64,000 nt of DNA. Source: an uncultured bacterium (GTDB taxonomy: Bacteria; Patescibacteriota; Minisyncoccia; Phycocordibacterales; PALSA-1337). The stretch covers positions 5,156 through 69,155 of the forward strand of contig CAIQIZ010000022.1 of assembly GCA_903872035.1 (NCBI GenBank). The letters are read 5' to 3'. Positions 9,172-17,587 of the stretch are shown here, piece after piece (within the stretch, counting starts at the first letter, position 1; every line of letters starts with the position of its first letter). The notes under the pieces are model-generated. The model worked only from the letters and a program-made list of their open reading frames with translations. It did not search any database and was not told where the DNA came from. The translations under genes and the position numbers were made by a program.

Positions 9172-9975
9172 ATGCTCGCGTCATCGACGAATATGAACTA
9201 CAGAAGTTTTATACCCGAAGTTAAGTTTGAGCCTGCTCCAATAAAGTTAGAGGCTGAATATTTGTATTATTTTTCTCGGATAGAACCGAGATTTGGTGCG
9301 GTAATTAATAGGGTCTATCCAGAGCTGCAGGGCATCATCGAAAAATCAGAGAATAAAAGTGAAGCTATCCTGAAATGTCGAGAATTTGCTGAAAAGGTAA
9401 TCGAAAACAACAAAACGAGCATCATAAAGGCAAAAGATGATTTTCAAAACGATTGGAAATTGGTCAGCACAGAATTTCTCGAGACTTTAAGTGAACATTT
9501 TGAAACCGAATGGCCTAGAGATAAAGGTGTTATAACTGGATACGTATCGATCGTGCCGATATTTCCGCGAATGTTGGATAAGTACTCCTTTTTTGTGGGA
9601 TATCCGGTGAAAATAGCGCGAGCAAGAGAGATAATCGCTCACGAAATCATTCATTTTCTTTGGTTCAAGAAATGGAAAGAGGTATTTCCAGAAATTTCCA
9701 CTGATCAATACAATAGTCCTCATTTAACATGGAGATTGAGTGAAGTAATGGATCAGATCATTCTTCAATGCCACCCCAGGCTCCAAAGTCTGATACATCC
9801 GACGATATGGGGTTACCCGTCATTTATGGATTTGAAGATAGGGAATATTGGTATGACTGAATATTTTGTAAATTTGTATACGAAATGCGTGCAGGAAGGT
9901 CAAAGTTTCGAGAATACATTGAGGGCTCTGTGGAAAGAGGCTCAAGAGAACAAGGAGGTATTGGAGAAGTTTTGA
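9172..9975 (+). CDS. Hypothetical protein with HExxH motif ('AHEIIHFLWF')
   Basis: Clean 267-aa ORF. Single HExxH in a hydrophobic helix. No other recognisable family. Confidence 0.4.
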   Translation: MLASSTNMNYRSFIPEVKFEPAPIKLEAEYLYYFSRIEPRFGAVINRVYPELQGIIEKSENKSEAILKCREFAEKVIENNKTSIIKAKDDFQNDWKLVSTEFLETLSEHFETEWPRDKGVITGYVSIVPIFPRMLDKYSFFVGYPVKIARAREIIAHEIIHFLWFKKWKEVFPEISTDQYNSPHLTWRLSEVMDQIILQCHPRLQSLIHPTIWGYPSFMDLKIGNIGMTEYFVNLYTKCVQEGQSFENTLRALWKEAQENKEVLEKF

Positions 9976-10238
9976 GTATAGAGGCCTTGTCATTGTTTGA
10001 ATCATATTATACTATTAGGACAGAACCGGATCGAATCATAGGCAATTTAGACTCGTGGTTCTACTGCGAGGTTGCGTATGGTCGCCGGTGACCTTTCAAA
10101 ACGAAAGGCTATGCATGAAAACTGCGAATTCCGCCAAACGGAAAGCAATGGTTGGCAATATCGGCCACACCAAAGTCGCCATGACTACCTGCACATGCGG
10201 GTGCTTTTGGAGCTGAGGTTGTCCAATAGTGTCTATCA

Positions 10239-10918
10239 ATGGCGGCTACTACGGCTTTGATAACGCCTTCAGACGTCAAAGTCGCCGCTGGACAGCAGTT
10301 CAACGTCGTCATAGCGGTCAATCCCAATGGCGGCAGTGATTTTGCCGAACAAGTGAAAGTTGATTTTCCGGCTGACCTTATCCAAGTGACCTCATTCAAT
10401 ATCGGAAGCAATTGGATGTCATTGACTCAACCGGGATATGATTCTATAGACAACGTAATGGAGTTTTGACCAAGACAGCCGGATATGCCGGAGGGATAAC
10501 TTCGCAGACGCCATTTGGAACCATTACCTTTACGGCTCTCAAATCCGGAAGCGGTGCTATCACCATCGTGAATGGATCTCAAGCTTTTCAGAAGAACGGT
10601 CAGACGCCTATCACTGGAACAGGAGCGTCCATCGTAGTGACGGCGGCCACAGTTGCACCGAAAACATCTCCGAGGACTACTCTGACAGCATCAGTCTCAA
10701 ATGATCTTACGCCTGTCACGACCATAAACGGTCAAATGGTCTCTACAACACCAGCCCAAGAGGCGGCCACGGCGGTCGCGGCTTCACAAGCGGCGGCAGT
10801 CAATGCTTCCGGAGCAAGCGCGTCAGGTCAGACATGGTTGTGGATATTGCTCGTCATCGTGGTTCTGGCACTCATCGGTTGGTGGATGTTCAGCCGAAAA
10901 CCGCGCTCGAAGTTTTAG
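10239..10918 (+). pseudogene. Cohesin-like/surface-anchored protein split by a +1 frameshift near 10466 (possible pseudogene or sequencing frameshift)
   Basis: ORF 10239..10469 ('...VKVDFPADLIQVTSFNIGSNW...') and ORF 10466..10918 ('...GITSQTPFGTITFTALKSGSGAITIVNGS...') together look like one beta-sandwich cohesin-like domain, then a Thr/Ala-rich linker and a C-terminal TM anchor 'WLWILLVIVVLALIGWW'. The two pieces are in different frames, and no signal-peptide-bearing start is present upstream. The region is GC-richer, with spurious antisense ORFs. Confidence 0.35.
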
Positions 10919-11002
10919 GACTTCAGGCTCCGCCTTTACAAAATAACGTGAATTTACAATACGTTCTTTACTGTTGGCGGAGTATACTGATAGAATGCAA
11001 AT

Positions 11003-11986
11003 ATGAATAAAATTTATCCAAAAAAATTAGAAAAAGGCGATGAAATCAGAGTAATAGCGCCATCCAGGTCGATGTCCATTATTTCTAAGGCAAACGGAGA
11101 GATTGCCGATAAGCGCCTTAGGGATTTGGGTTTTAATATTTCCTTCGGGAAAAATGTTGCAGAAAACGATAGCTTTCATTCCTCATCTATAAAATCAAGG
11201 ATAGCTGATTTACATGAGGCCTTTTTGGATAAGAAAATTAAGGCTGTTTTTGCTGTAATTGGTGGATTTAATTGTAATCAACTTTTACGATATATAGATT
11301 GGAATATTATTAAGAATAATCCCAAGATATTCATCGGTTACTCGGACACCACTGCATTGCAAAACGCTATTTTTGCCAAGACTGGTTTGGTAACATATTC
11401 TGGTCCAGCATGGTCCACTTTTGGTCAGAAGCTTCATTTTGATTACACTTTGGAATATTTTAAAAAATGCTTAATGTCCGACAATAGATTTTCCATTGAA
11501 CCATCTGAAAATTGGACTGATGATGAATGGTTTAATGATCAAGATAAAAGAGAACTAATAAAATATGATGGATGGCTAGTGATAAACAAAGGCAATGCGT
11601 CTGGTACACTGCTCGGTGCAAACCTTTGTACTTTTAACTTGCTTCAGGGAACGGAATATTTTCCGGATCTGAATAATTCGGTCTTATTTTTGGAAGATGA
11701 TGATGACGGTTCACGGAATGCGGGTTTTGATAGAGATTTGCAATCCCTAATTCATCAGCCTTCTTTTAAGGGTGTGAAAGGCATAGTGATCGGTAGATTT
11801 CAAAAGAAAAGTGAGATTACAAAGGAAAAACTAATTCAAATAATAAATACGAAAGCTGAACTTAAGGACATCCCTGTAATTTCAAATGTTGATTTCGGGC
11901 ATACTAGTCCCATAATAACTTTTCCAATAGGTGGTGAGGCAACAGTAGATACTAAAAATAATAGTATTATTATAACTAAGCATTAA
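11003..11986 (+). CDS. LD-carboxypeptidase (peptidase S66; LdcA/MccF-like)
   Basis: Nucleophile motif 'GYSDTTAL' and C-terminal 'VDFGHTSPIITFPIGGEA' His/Glu region characteristic of S66 muramoyl-tetrapeptide carboxypeptidases. Confidence 0.8.
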   Translation: MNKIYPKKLEKGDEIRVIAPSRSMSIISKANGEIADKRLRDLGFNISFGKNVAENDSFHSSSIKSRIADLHEAFLDKKIKAVFAVIGGFNCNQLLRYIDWNIIKNNPKIFIGYSDTTALQNAIFAKTGLVTYSGPAWSTFGQKLHFDYTLEYFKKCLMSDNRFSIEPSENWTDDEWFNDQDKRELIKYDGWLVINKGNASGTLLGANLCTFNLLQGTEYFPDLNNSVLFLEDDDDGSRNAGFDRDLQSLIHQPSFKGVKGIVIGRFQKKSEITKEKLIQIINTKAELKDIPVISNVDFGHTSPIITFPIGGEATVDTKNNSIIITKH

Positions 11987-12022
11987 TTATCGCACTTGTA
12001 AAAAACCTGCTATATTGTCCCC

Positions 12023-13159
12023 ATGTCCCTCTCCATCGGCATCGTCGGGCTCCCAAATGTCGGCAAATCGACTCTATTCAATGCGCTGACCCGGAAATCG
12101 GTCCCGGCCGAAAACTATCCTTTTTGCACCATCGATCCTTCGGTGGGTGTTGTGGCTGTGCCTGATGAGCGTTTGCAAAAGCTCTCGGACTTCTCTGTCT
12201 CAGTGAAAACAGTGCCTGCCGCAGTTGAATTCACTGACATCGCCGGTCTGGTCAAAGGCGCATCTGAAGGCGAAGGACTCGGAAATAAGTTCCTTTCACA
12301 TATCCGCGAAACGGACGCTATCGCCCAGGTAGTGCGCATCTTCGAAGACGAGAATGTTATTCACGTTAATGCAAAAATTGACCCATTGAAGGATATAGAA
12401 GTCATAAACCTAGAATTGGTTCTGGCGGATTTGCAGACAGCTACCAAGCGGATGCATTCATTGGTCAAAGAAGTCAAAGCTGGCAAGAAGGAGGCTATCA
12501 TTGAAGCTGGACTTCTGGACAAGATCATTCCGGCATTGGAAGCAGGGAAGCTGGCGTCGACAGTTGTGGCTGATGAATTCGAGGCGCCATTCCTCAAGCA
12601 ATTGTGCCTTATTACTTCAAAACCATTTCTTTATGTCTTGAACAAGAAGGCTGGCGCCAAGAATCTGGATGAATCTGTCCGAGGTGCGGCCTCGGAAATG
12701 GATGAAAGGTGGGTTAAGCTGATGAACTTCCTCGAAGGAGGTGGCACCTCCGAGGAGGTGCCACCTCCATATGTCATCGTCGACGCCGGTGTCGAGCAAG
12801 AATTGAAAGACCTAGATGAAGTGGATAAATTGGAGATGCGCGAAGGGCTCGGTGCTCACAACGATGGCACCGATGAGCTCATCAAGCGCGGCTACGACTT
12901 ACTCGGTCTCATCACCTATTTCACTACTGGAACCGATGAAACGCGTGCATGGACGATAAAGAAAGGCTGGACCGCTCCAGAAGCCGGGACTGCTATTCAT
13001 ACTGATTTCAAAGAAAAATTCGTTCGTGCCGAAGTCATCGAATGGGACAAACTCCTCTCCGTCGGCTCATACGCTGCCGCTCGCGAAAAAGGCTTGCTCC
13101 GCACCGAAGGGAAGGAGTATGTGGTCAAAGATGGGGATGTGATAGAGTTTAGGGTGTAG
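12023..13159 (+). CDS. ychF: Ribosome-binding ATPase YchF (Obg-family GTPase-like)
   Basis: P-loop 'GIVGLPNVGKSTLFNALT', 'DIAGLVKGASEGEGLGNKFL' G3/G4 region and C-terminal TGS domain 'RAWTIKKGWTAPEAGTAIHTDFKEKFVRAEV'. Carries an in-frame insertion encoded by two copies of a 15-nt palindrome (12737-12768). Confidence 0.9.
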   Translation: MSLSIGIVGLPNVGKSTLFNALTRKSVPAENYPFCTIDPSVGVVAVPDERLQKLSDFSVSVKTVPAAVEFTDIAGLVKGASEGEGLGNKFLSHIRETDAIAQVVRIFEDENVIHVNAKIDPLKDIEVINLELVLADLQTATKRMHSLVKEVKAGKKEAIIEAGLLDKIIPALEAGKLASTVVADEFEAPFLKQLCLITSKPFLYVLNKKAGAKNLDESVRGAASEMDERWVKLMNFLEGGGTSEEVPPPYVIVDAGVEQELKDLDEVDKLEMREGLGAHNDGTDELIKRGYDLLGLITYFTTGTDETRAWTIKKGWTAPEAGTAIHTDFKEKFVRAEVIEWDKLLSVGSYAAAREKGLLRTEGKEYVVKDGDVIEFRV

Positions 13160-13160
13160 G

Positions 13161-13187
13161 AAAAAAGGCCGGCTGTAAAACCGGCTT
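13161..13187. terminator. Hairpin terminator between ychF (+) and a small minus-strand ORF; the U-tract lies on the minus-strand side
   Basis: 'AAAAAA-GGCCGGC-TGTAAAA-CCGGC' forms a GC stem, with the A-run on the + strand giving TTTTTT after the stem on the minus strand. Confidence 0.4.
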
Positions 13188-13569
13188 GAAGGAAACTGAC
13201 TGACTTAGTTTCGTTGAGTCTCGATCTCTCGGAGCAAGGCTAAACCTTTGCTTCCGTCAGGATCGAATGACCTCAATCGATGATTGGCTCGACTTAATCC
13301 TTCATCACTATCTTCAGGCGGAGCCGTATGATGCGAATCATAGTGATCAGAGGAATAAAGAGCCTCTGGCGCAAGTTTTTGTTTCATAATTCACCTAGGA
13401 AAAGTATAGCATGAAGATGGTGGTCTCATAGAGTTTAAGATATAATTTTGAATTCTATGACCCTGAGTGAGACGGTTAGGCGAACGAATGGGTGATTGAG
13501 TTTAAGATATAACAGGCTGTGGATGCGCTCTTTGTCGGGATATAGTAGTATTATCATCCAGAAGTTGGT

Positions 13570-13598
13570 TTGCATTCTACTAGCAGATGTGGTATAAT
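13570..13598 (+). promoter_or_regulatory. Near-consensus sigma-70-type promoter (TTGCAT - 17 nt - TGgTATAAT, extended -10)
   Basis: TTGCAT at 13570-13575, a 17-nt spacer, TATAAT at 13593-13598 preceded by TGg. Two 15-nt direct repeats 'GAGTTTAAGATATAA' lie upstream at 13431-13445 and 13498-13512. Confidence 0.5.
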
Positions 13599-13654
13599 TA
13601 GCCTATAGGAAATTTCAGTTCTGTAAAATGATAAGTAAAATTAGGAGTCAAATT

Positions 13655-13882
13655 ATGATTAGAACAAGAAGACTGCCTTATGATGGTTTTGCCGATGAAC
13701 CAAAGTTTCACTGGTCGGTGCAACAAGTTCATTACAAGTCGCCATTGAAAGGCGTTCCAGCATCCAGTAATCGACAGCCTTATGACGCGGACAAGCCGGA
13801 AATATTCGGTGCCATGTTGTTGATCGCGCTAGTCGTCGGTTTGGTCAGCGTGGCTGTCATCACACCGTTCTTCCATTCATAG
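13655..13882 (+). CDS. Small hypothetical membrane protein (75 aa; C-terminal TM helix)
   Basis: ATG at 13655 is preceded by 'AGGAGT' with a 6-nt spacer. C-terminal 'IFGAMLLIALVVGLVSVAVITPFF' is hydrophobic. Sits between the strong promoter and a terminator. Confidence 0.45.
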   Translation: MIRTRRLPYDGFADEPKFHWSVQQVHYKSPLKGVPASSNRQPYDADKPEIFGAMLLIALVVGLVSVAVITPFFHS

Positions 13883-13901
13883 CGCCATTGGCGCACTCTA
13901 G

Positions 13902-13932
13902 GGCCCCCGATCCATTCGGTGGCCTTTTTTGT
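13902..13932 (+). terminator. Rho-independent terminator (or attenuator) immediately upstream of leuS
   Basis: 'GGCC-c-CCGA-TCCAT-TCGG-t-GGCC' followed by 'TTTTTTGTATCTT'. Confidence 0.45.
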
Positions 13933-13963
13933 ATCTTCCGAGCATTTGCGCTATATTTAATCG

Positions 13964-16900
13964 ATGAAAAAGAAACTCAAAGGAGGTGCCACCTCCAAAT
14001 ATAACCCAGCAACGATCGAGCCAAAATGGCAGAAGAAGTGGGAAAAGGAAAAGCTTTACGTGGCCAAGGAAAAGGCTGGTAAGAAGAAATTTTATGGCTT
14101 GATCGAATTTCCGTATCCATCTGGTGATGGTTTGCATGTTGGCCATATCCGCAGCAATACTGCCATGGATATCATATGCCGAAAGCGACGTCGTGAAGGG
14201 TTCGAAGTGCTATATCCCATAGGATGGGATGCTTTTGGTCTGCCAACAGAGAATTACGCTATCAAGACTGGTATTCAACCTTCAGTAGTCACCAAGAAGA
14301 ACACTGATACCTTCCGCAAACAACTGAAAGCTCTCGGCTTCTCATTCGATTGGTCAAGGGAAGTTAATACGACCGATCCAAAATACTATCGCTGGACGCA
14401 ATGGATATTCTTGCAGCTTTTGAAGAATGGTCTGGCATACAAGAAGAAGATGACGATCAATTGGTGTCCCAAAGATTTGATCGGCTTGGCCAACGAGGAA
14501 GTGGTGAATGGCCGCTGCGAGCGTTGTGGCACGCCGGTAGAGAAGCGTGAAAAGGAACAATGGATGCTGGCTATAACAAAATACGCAGAACGTCTCGACA
14601 GAGATCTTGATGATGTAGATTATCTACCAAAGATTAAGACCCAACAGAGGAATTGGATCGGCAAAAGCGAGGGAGCGGAGATCGATTTTAGATTGACGAT
14701 TAAGAATAGTAAGACGAGATTCGTGATTCTTCATGGCTTCGATGGGGGAGCCACGACGGATTTCCACCCATGGCTAAAAGAAGTGTTGGAGAAGCGTGGT
14801 CATGAAGTTGAACTTCCGGAATTGCCGAACGCCTATCATCCTAAGGAAGCCGAGCAAGTCGAATATGTTCTAAAGAATTGTAAATTGGATGAGAATACGG
14901 TTATTGTCGCTCATAGTTTAGGCGCGGTCGTGGCCATGAAAGCCTTGATGAAATTGAACAAGCCAATCTCTGGTTTGGTCTTGGTGGCCGCTGCCGTCGA
15001 TCCGAAATTCGACAAATTTTATGAGTCGCGTCCATTTGCCAAAGAATTCGACTGGAAATACGATTACGCTTTGCTTCAAAAGCTGACTGGTGGAAAGGTC
15101 GCAGTGCTTTCAGATCTCAAAGAAAAGCACAGAAGTCGTTATTTGAAATTCTTGGCTGAAAAGTTGAATGCACGTTTTGTTGAAACCAGTAGCGTAGAAG
15201 AGCATTTCTGCGCCAAAGAAGAGCCGGAAGTCCTCAAAGCCGTCACTCCATCTATCAAAGTCTTCACCACTCGCCCTGACACGCTCTTCGGGGCGACTTA
15301 TATGGTCTTGGCGCCAGAAAATCCTTGGGTCAAGATAGTTTTATCGCAGCTTGAGAACAAGACTGAAGTTGAAGCATATATCGCCAAAGCCTCGCATGAG
15401 ACAGAGATAGAACGCACTGATGCCACCAAAGAAAAGACGGGCGTCGAATTGAAGGGCGTGAAGGCGGTCAATCCCGCTAACAACGAAGAGATCCCGGTAT
15501 GGATCGCAGATTATGTTCTCTCTGACTACGGCACGGGAGCTATCATGGCTGTTCCGGCGCATGATGAGAGAGACTGGGAGTTTGCCAAGAAATTTGGGTT
15601 GCCGATCCGACATGTCGTTATACCGCAAAGGATTGGATTTCCTGGCGAGCTGGCTTTTCGTCCAAATGAACCGGTTGTCAATCGTAGGGTCATTCGTGCG
15701 GTAGTCAAACATTGGTCAGATAATTCCTACGCAGTTCTGACTTGGAAAGACAATGGCTGGAAGACGTTCATATCCGGTGGTATCGAAGAAGGAGAGGACC
15801 CAGTGACTGCTGCCAAAAGAGAGATATTCGAAGAGATCGGTTACAAAAATGCGGAGTTCGTCGGACCTATAGGTGGGCCGGTTCAAGCGAAGTTCTACGC
15901 GCCAAATAAGAAACAAAATCGTATCGATATCCAACAAGGATTGCTCTTCAAGCTGAAGAATGACGAGCGGGTGGACGTATCTCCTGACGAGCTCAAGATT
16001 CACGAGATGCAATGGTTACCGTGGGAATCTCTTGGTGAATTTATGAAGGGTACCATCATGGACTCATTCTTATTTGAGCGCCTCAATAGTGGTAATAATC
16101 AGTACTTTATCGGTAGTGGCATATTGATCGACTCTGGCCAATTCTCAGGAAGAGATTCCGAGTCGGCCATGAAAGAGATCACCGAATCGGTCGGCGGAAA
16201 ATGGGTCACCAAGTACAAGCTTCGCGATTGGGTATTTTCTCGTCAGCGGTATTGGGGCGAGCCTATTCCGGTCGTGCATTGTGACGCTTGTGAAGCGAAA
16301 GATCCTGACAATGGTGGCTGGGTTCCAATTCCGGAAAAGGACCTGCCGGTAAAGCTGCCGGTCGTGAAGAATTATAAACCGACACAGACTGGGGAATCTC
16401 CATTGGCTGCCATGACCAAATGGGTCAATGTCAAATGTCCAGTATGTAAGGGACCAGCCAAAAGAGAGACTGATACTATGCCGAACTGGGCTGGCTCGAG
16501 CTGGTACTACTTGCGCTATGTCGACCCAAAGAATGCGACACGATTTGCTGACTCAAAGAAATTGAAGTATTGGACACCTGTCGACTGGTATAACGGCGGT
16601 ATGGAACATACCACCTTACACCTCCTATATTCGCGTTTCTGGCACAAATTCTTGTTCGACCAGGGCGTGGTCCCGACGAGCGAGCCATATACAAAGAGGA
16701 CTTCCCACGGGCTCATCCTGGCGGAATTCGGGGTGAAGATGTCCAAGTCCAAAGGTAACGTTGTCAATCCAGATACCATCGTTAAAGCTGTCGGTGCCGA
16801 TGCGTTACGTGTATACGAGATGTTCATGGGACCTTTCGATCAACCGATCGCTTGGGATACGGACAATATCGCTGGATCACGCCGTTTCATTGAACGCGTT

Positions 16901-17458
16901 TGGAATATGCGCCAGCGAATTACTGGTGGAGCAGCCGAATCTTCGCCAGCTTCGGCGCAAACCGATCGAATCATCCATAAGACCATCAAGAAAGTCGGAG
17001 ATGATATCGAAGCTATGCGATTCAACACAGCCATAAGCTCGCTTATGATACTTGTAAATGAACTTGAGAAGCAGGGAGGAGGAAGGAGGGAGGAGGAAGT
17101 AGAAATTCCAGCCGCTATTTCACGCGAAAATTTTGAGATCCTTCTTAAGCTGCTCGCGCCATTCGCACCACATGTCACTGAAGAGCTTTGGGTCTCTCTA
17201 GGCAATAAAAAATCGATCCATTTGAGCGACTGGCCGGCTTATGATGCGAGCTTAGCCGCCGATGATGAAGTAAAAATAATCGTGCAAGTTAACGGCAAGG
17301 TCCGCGGCTCGTTCATGGCTAAGCAGGGAGCCCAAATGGAAGATTTGGAACGTCTGGCCAAGGGCTTGCCTGAAGCCAAGAAGTGGTTGGAAGGCAAGCA
17401 GATCGGCAAGGTGATAGTAGTGCCGAATCGTCTCGTCAACATCGTGTTGACAAATTAG
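13964..17458 (+). CDS. leuS: Leucyl-tRNA synthetase with two embedded extra domains (YdeN-like alpha/beta serine hydrolase; NUDIX hydrolase)
   Basis: HIGH motif 'LHVGHIRS' and KMSKS 'KMSKSKGN'. CP1 editing block 'TTRPDTLFGATYMVLAPE...GTGAIMAVPAHDERDWEFAKKFGLPI'. Anticodon-binding and C-terminal regions conserved. Extra ~180 aa between 'NWIGKSEGAEIDF' and 'TTRPDT' contain 'FVILHGFDG...VAHSLGAVVA' (an alpha/beta hydrolase GxSxG). Extra ~130 aa after the editing-domain core contain a perfect NUDIX box 'GGIEEGEDPVTAAKREIFEEIGY'. Total 1164 aa against about 800-860 typical. Confidence 0.9.
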   Translation: MKKKLKGGATSKYNPATIEPKWQKKWEKEKLYVAKEKAGKKKFYGLIEFPYPSGDGLHVGHIRSNTAMDIICRKRRREGFEVLYPIGWDAFGLPTENYAIKTGIQPSVVTKKNTDTFRKQLKALGFSFDWSREVNTTDPKYYRWTQWIFLQLLKNGLAYKKKMTINWCPKDLIGLANEEVVNGRCERCGTPVEKREKEQWMLAITKYAERLDRDLDDVDYLPKIKTQQRNWIGKSEGAEIDFRLTIKNSKTRFVILHGFDGGATTDFHPWLKEVLEKRGHEVELPELPNAYHPKEAEQVEYVLKNCKLDENTVIVAHSLGAVVAMKALMKLNKPISGLVLVAAAVDPKFDKFYESRPFAKEFDWKYDYALLQKLTGGKVAVLSDLKEKHRSRYLKFLAEKLNARFVETSSVEEHFCAKEEPEVLKAVTPSIKVFTTRPDTLFGATYMVLAPENPWVKIVLSQLENKTEVEAYIAKASHETEIERTDATKEKTGVELKGVKAVNPANNEEIPVWIADYVLSDYGTGAIMAVPAHDERDWEFAKKFGLPIRHVVIPQRIGFPGELAFRPNEPVVNRRVIRAVVKHWSDNSYAVLTWKDNGWKTFISGGIEEGEDPVTAAKREIFEEIGYKNAEFVGPIGGPVQAKFYAPNKKQNRIDIQQGLLFKLKNDERVDVSPDELKIHEMQWLPWESLGEFMKGTIMDSFLFERLNSGNNQYFIGSGILIDSGQFSGRDSESAMKEITESVGGKWVTKYKLRDWVFSRQRYWGEPIPVVHCDACEAKDPDNGGWVPIPEKDLPVKLPVVKNYKPTQTGESPLAAMTKWVNVKCPVCKGPAKRETDTMPNWAGSSWYYLRYVDPKNATRFADSKKLKYWTPVDWYNGGMEHTTLHLLYSRFWHKFLFDQGVVPTSEPYTKRTSHGLILAEFGVKMSKSKGNVVNPDTIVKAVGADALRVYEMFMGPFDQPIAWDTDNIAGSRRFIERVWNMRQRITGGAAESSPASAQTDRIIHKTIKKVGDDIEAMRFNTAISSLMILVNELEKQGGGRREEEVEIPAAISRENFEILLKLLAPFAPHVTEELWVSLGNKKSIHLSDWPAYDASLAADDEVKIIVQVNGKVRGSFMAKQGAQMEDLERLAKGLPEAKKWLEGKQIGKVIVVPNRLVNIVLTN

Positions 17459-17587
17459 AAGTAATAGTGGTAAGGTAGTCACATTGCCAATGGACGTTTA
17501 GTGTGACATTTGCGGGGATATCCACACATTGTTGACTTTATTTCAAGCTGATGATAAAAATATATTATTAATCATTCGTATTCAACT

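Noticed and set aside
10109-10411. 100-aa minus-strand ORF opposite the cohesin-like region
   Set aside because: Antisense to a region with clear protein-domain signal on the + strand. GC-rich region generates open antisense frames.
13205-13387. 60-aa minus-strand ORF downstream of ychF
   Set aside because: Low-complexity hydrophilic sequence with no motif. Only support is a nearby hairpin that equally serves ychF, so not called as a gene.
14354-17482. Numerous antisense/alternative-frame ORFs inside leuS (for example 15341..15712 -, 16516..16827 -, 16840..17205 -, 17252..17482 -)
   Set aside because: They overlap a strongly supported, motif-rich LeuS frame. They are typical spurious open frames in a locally GC-richer gene.
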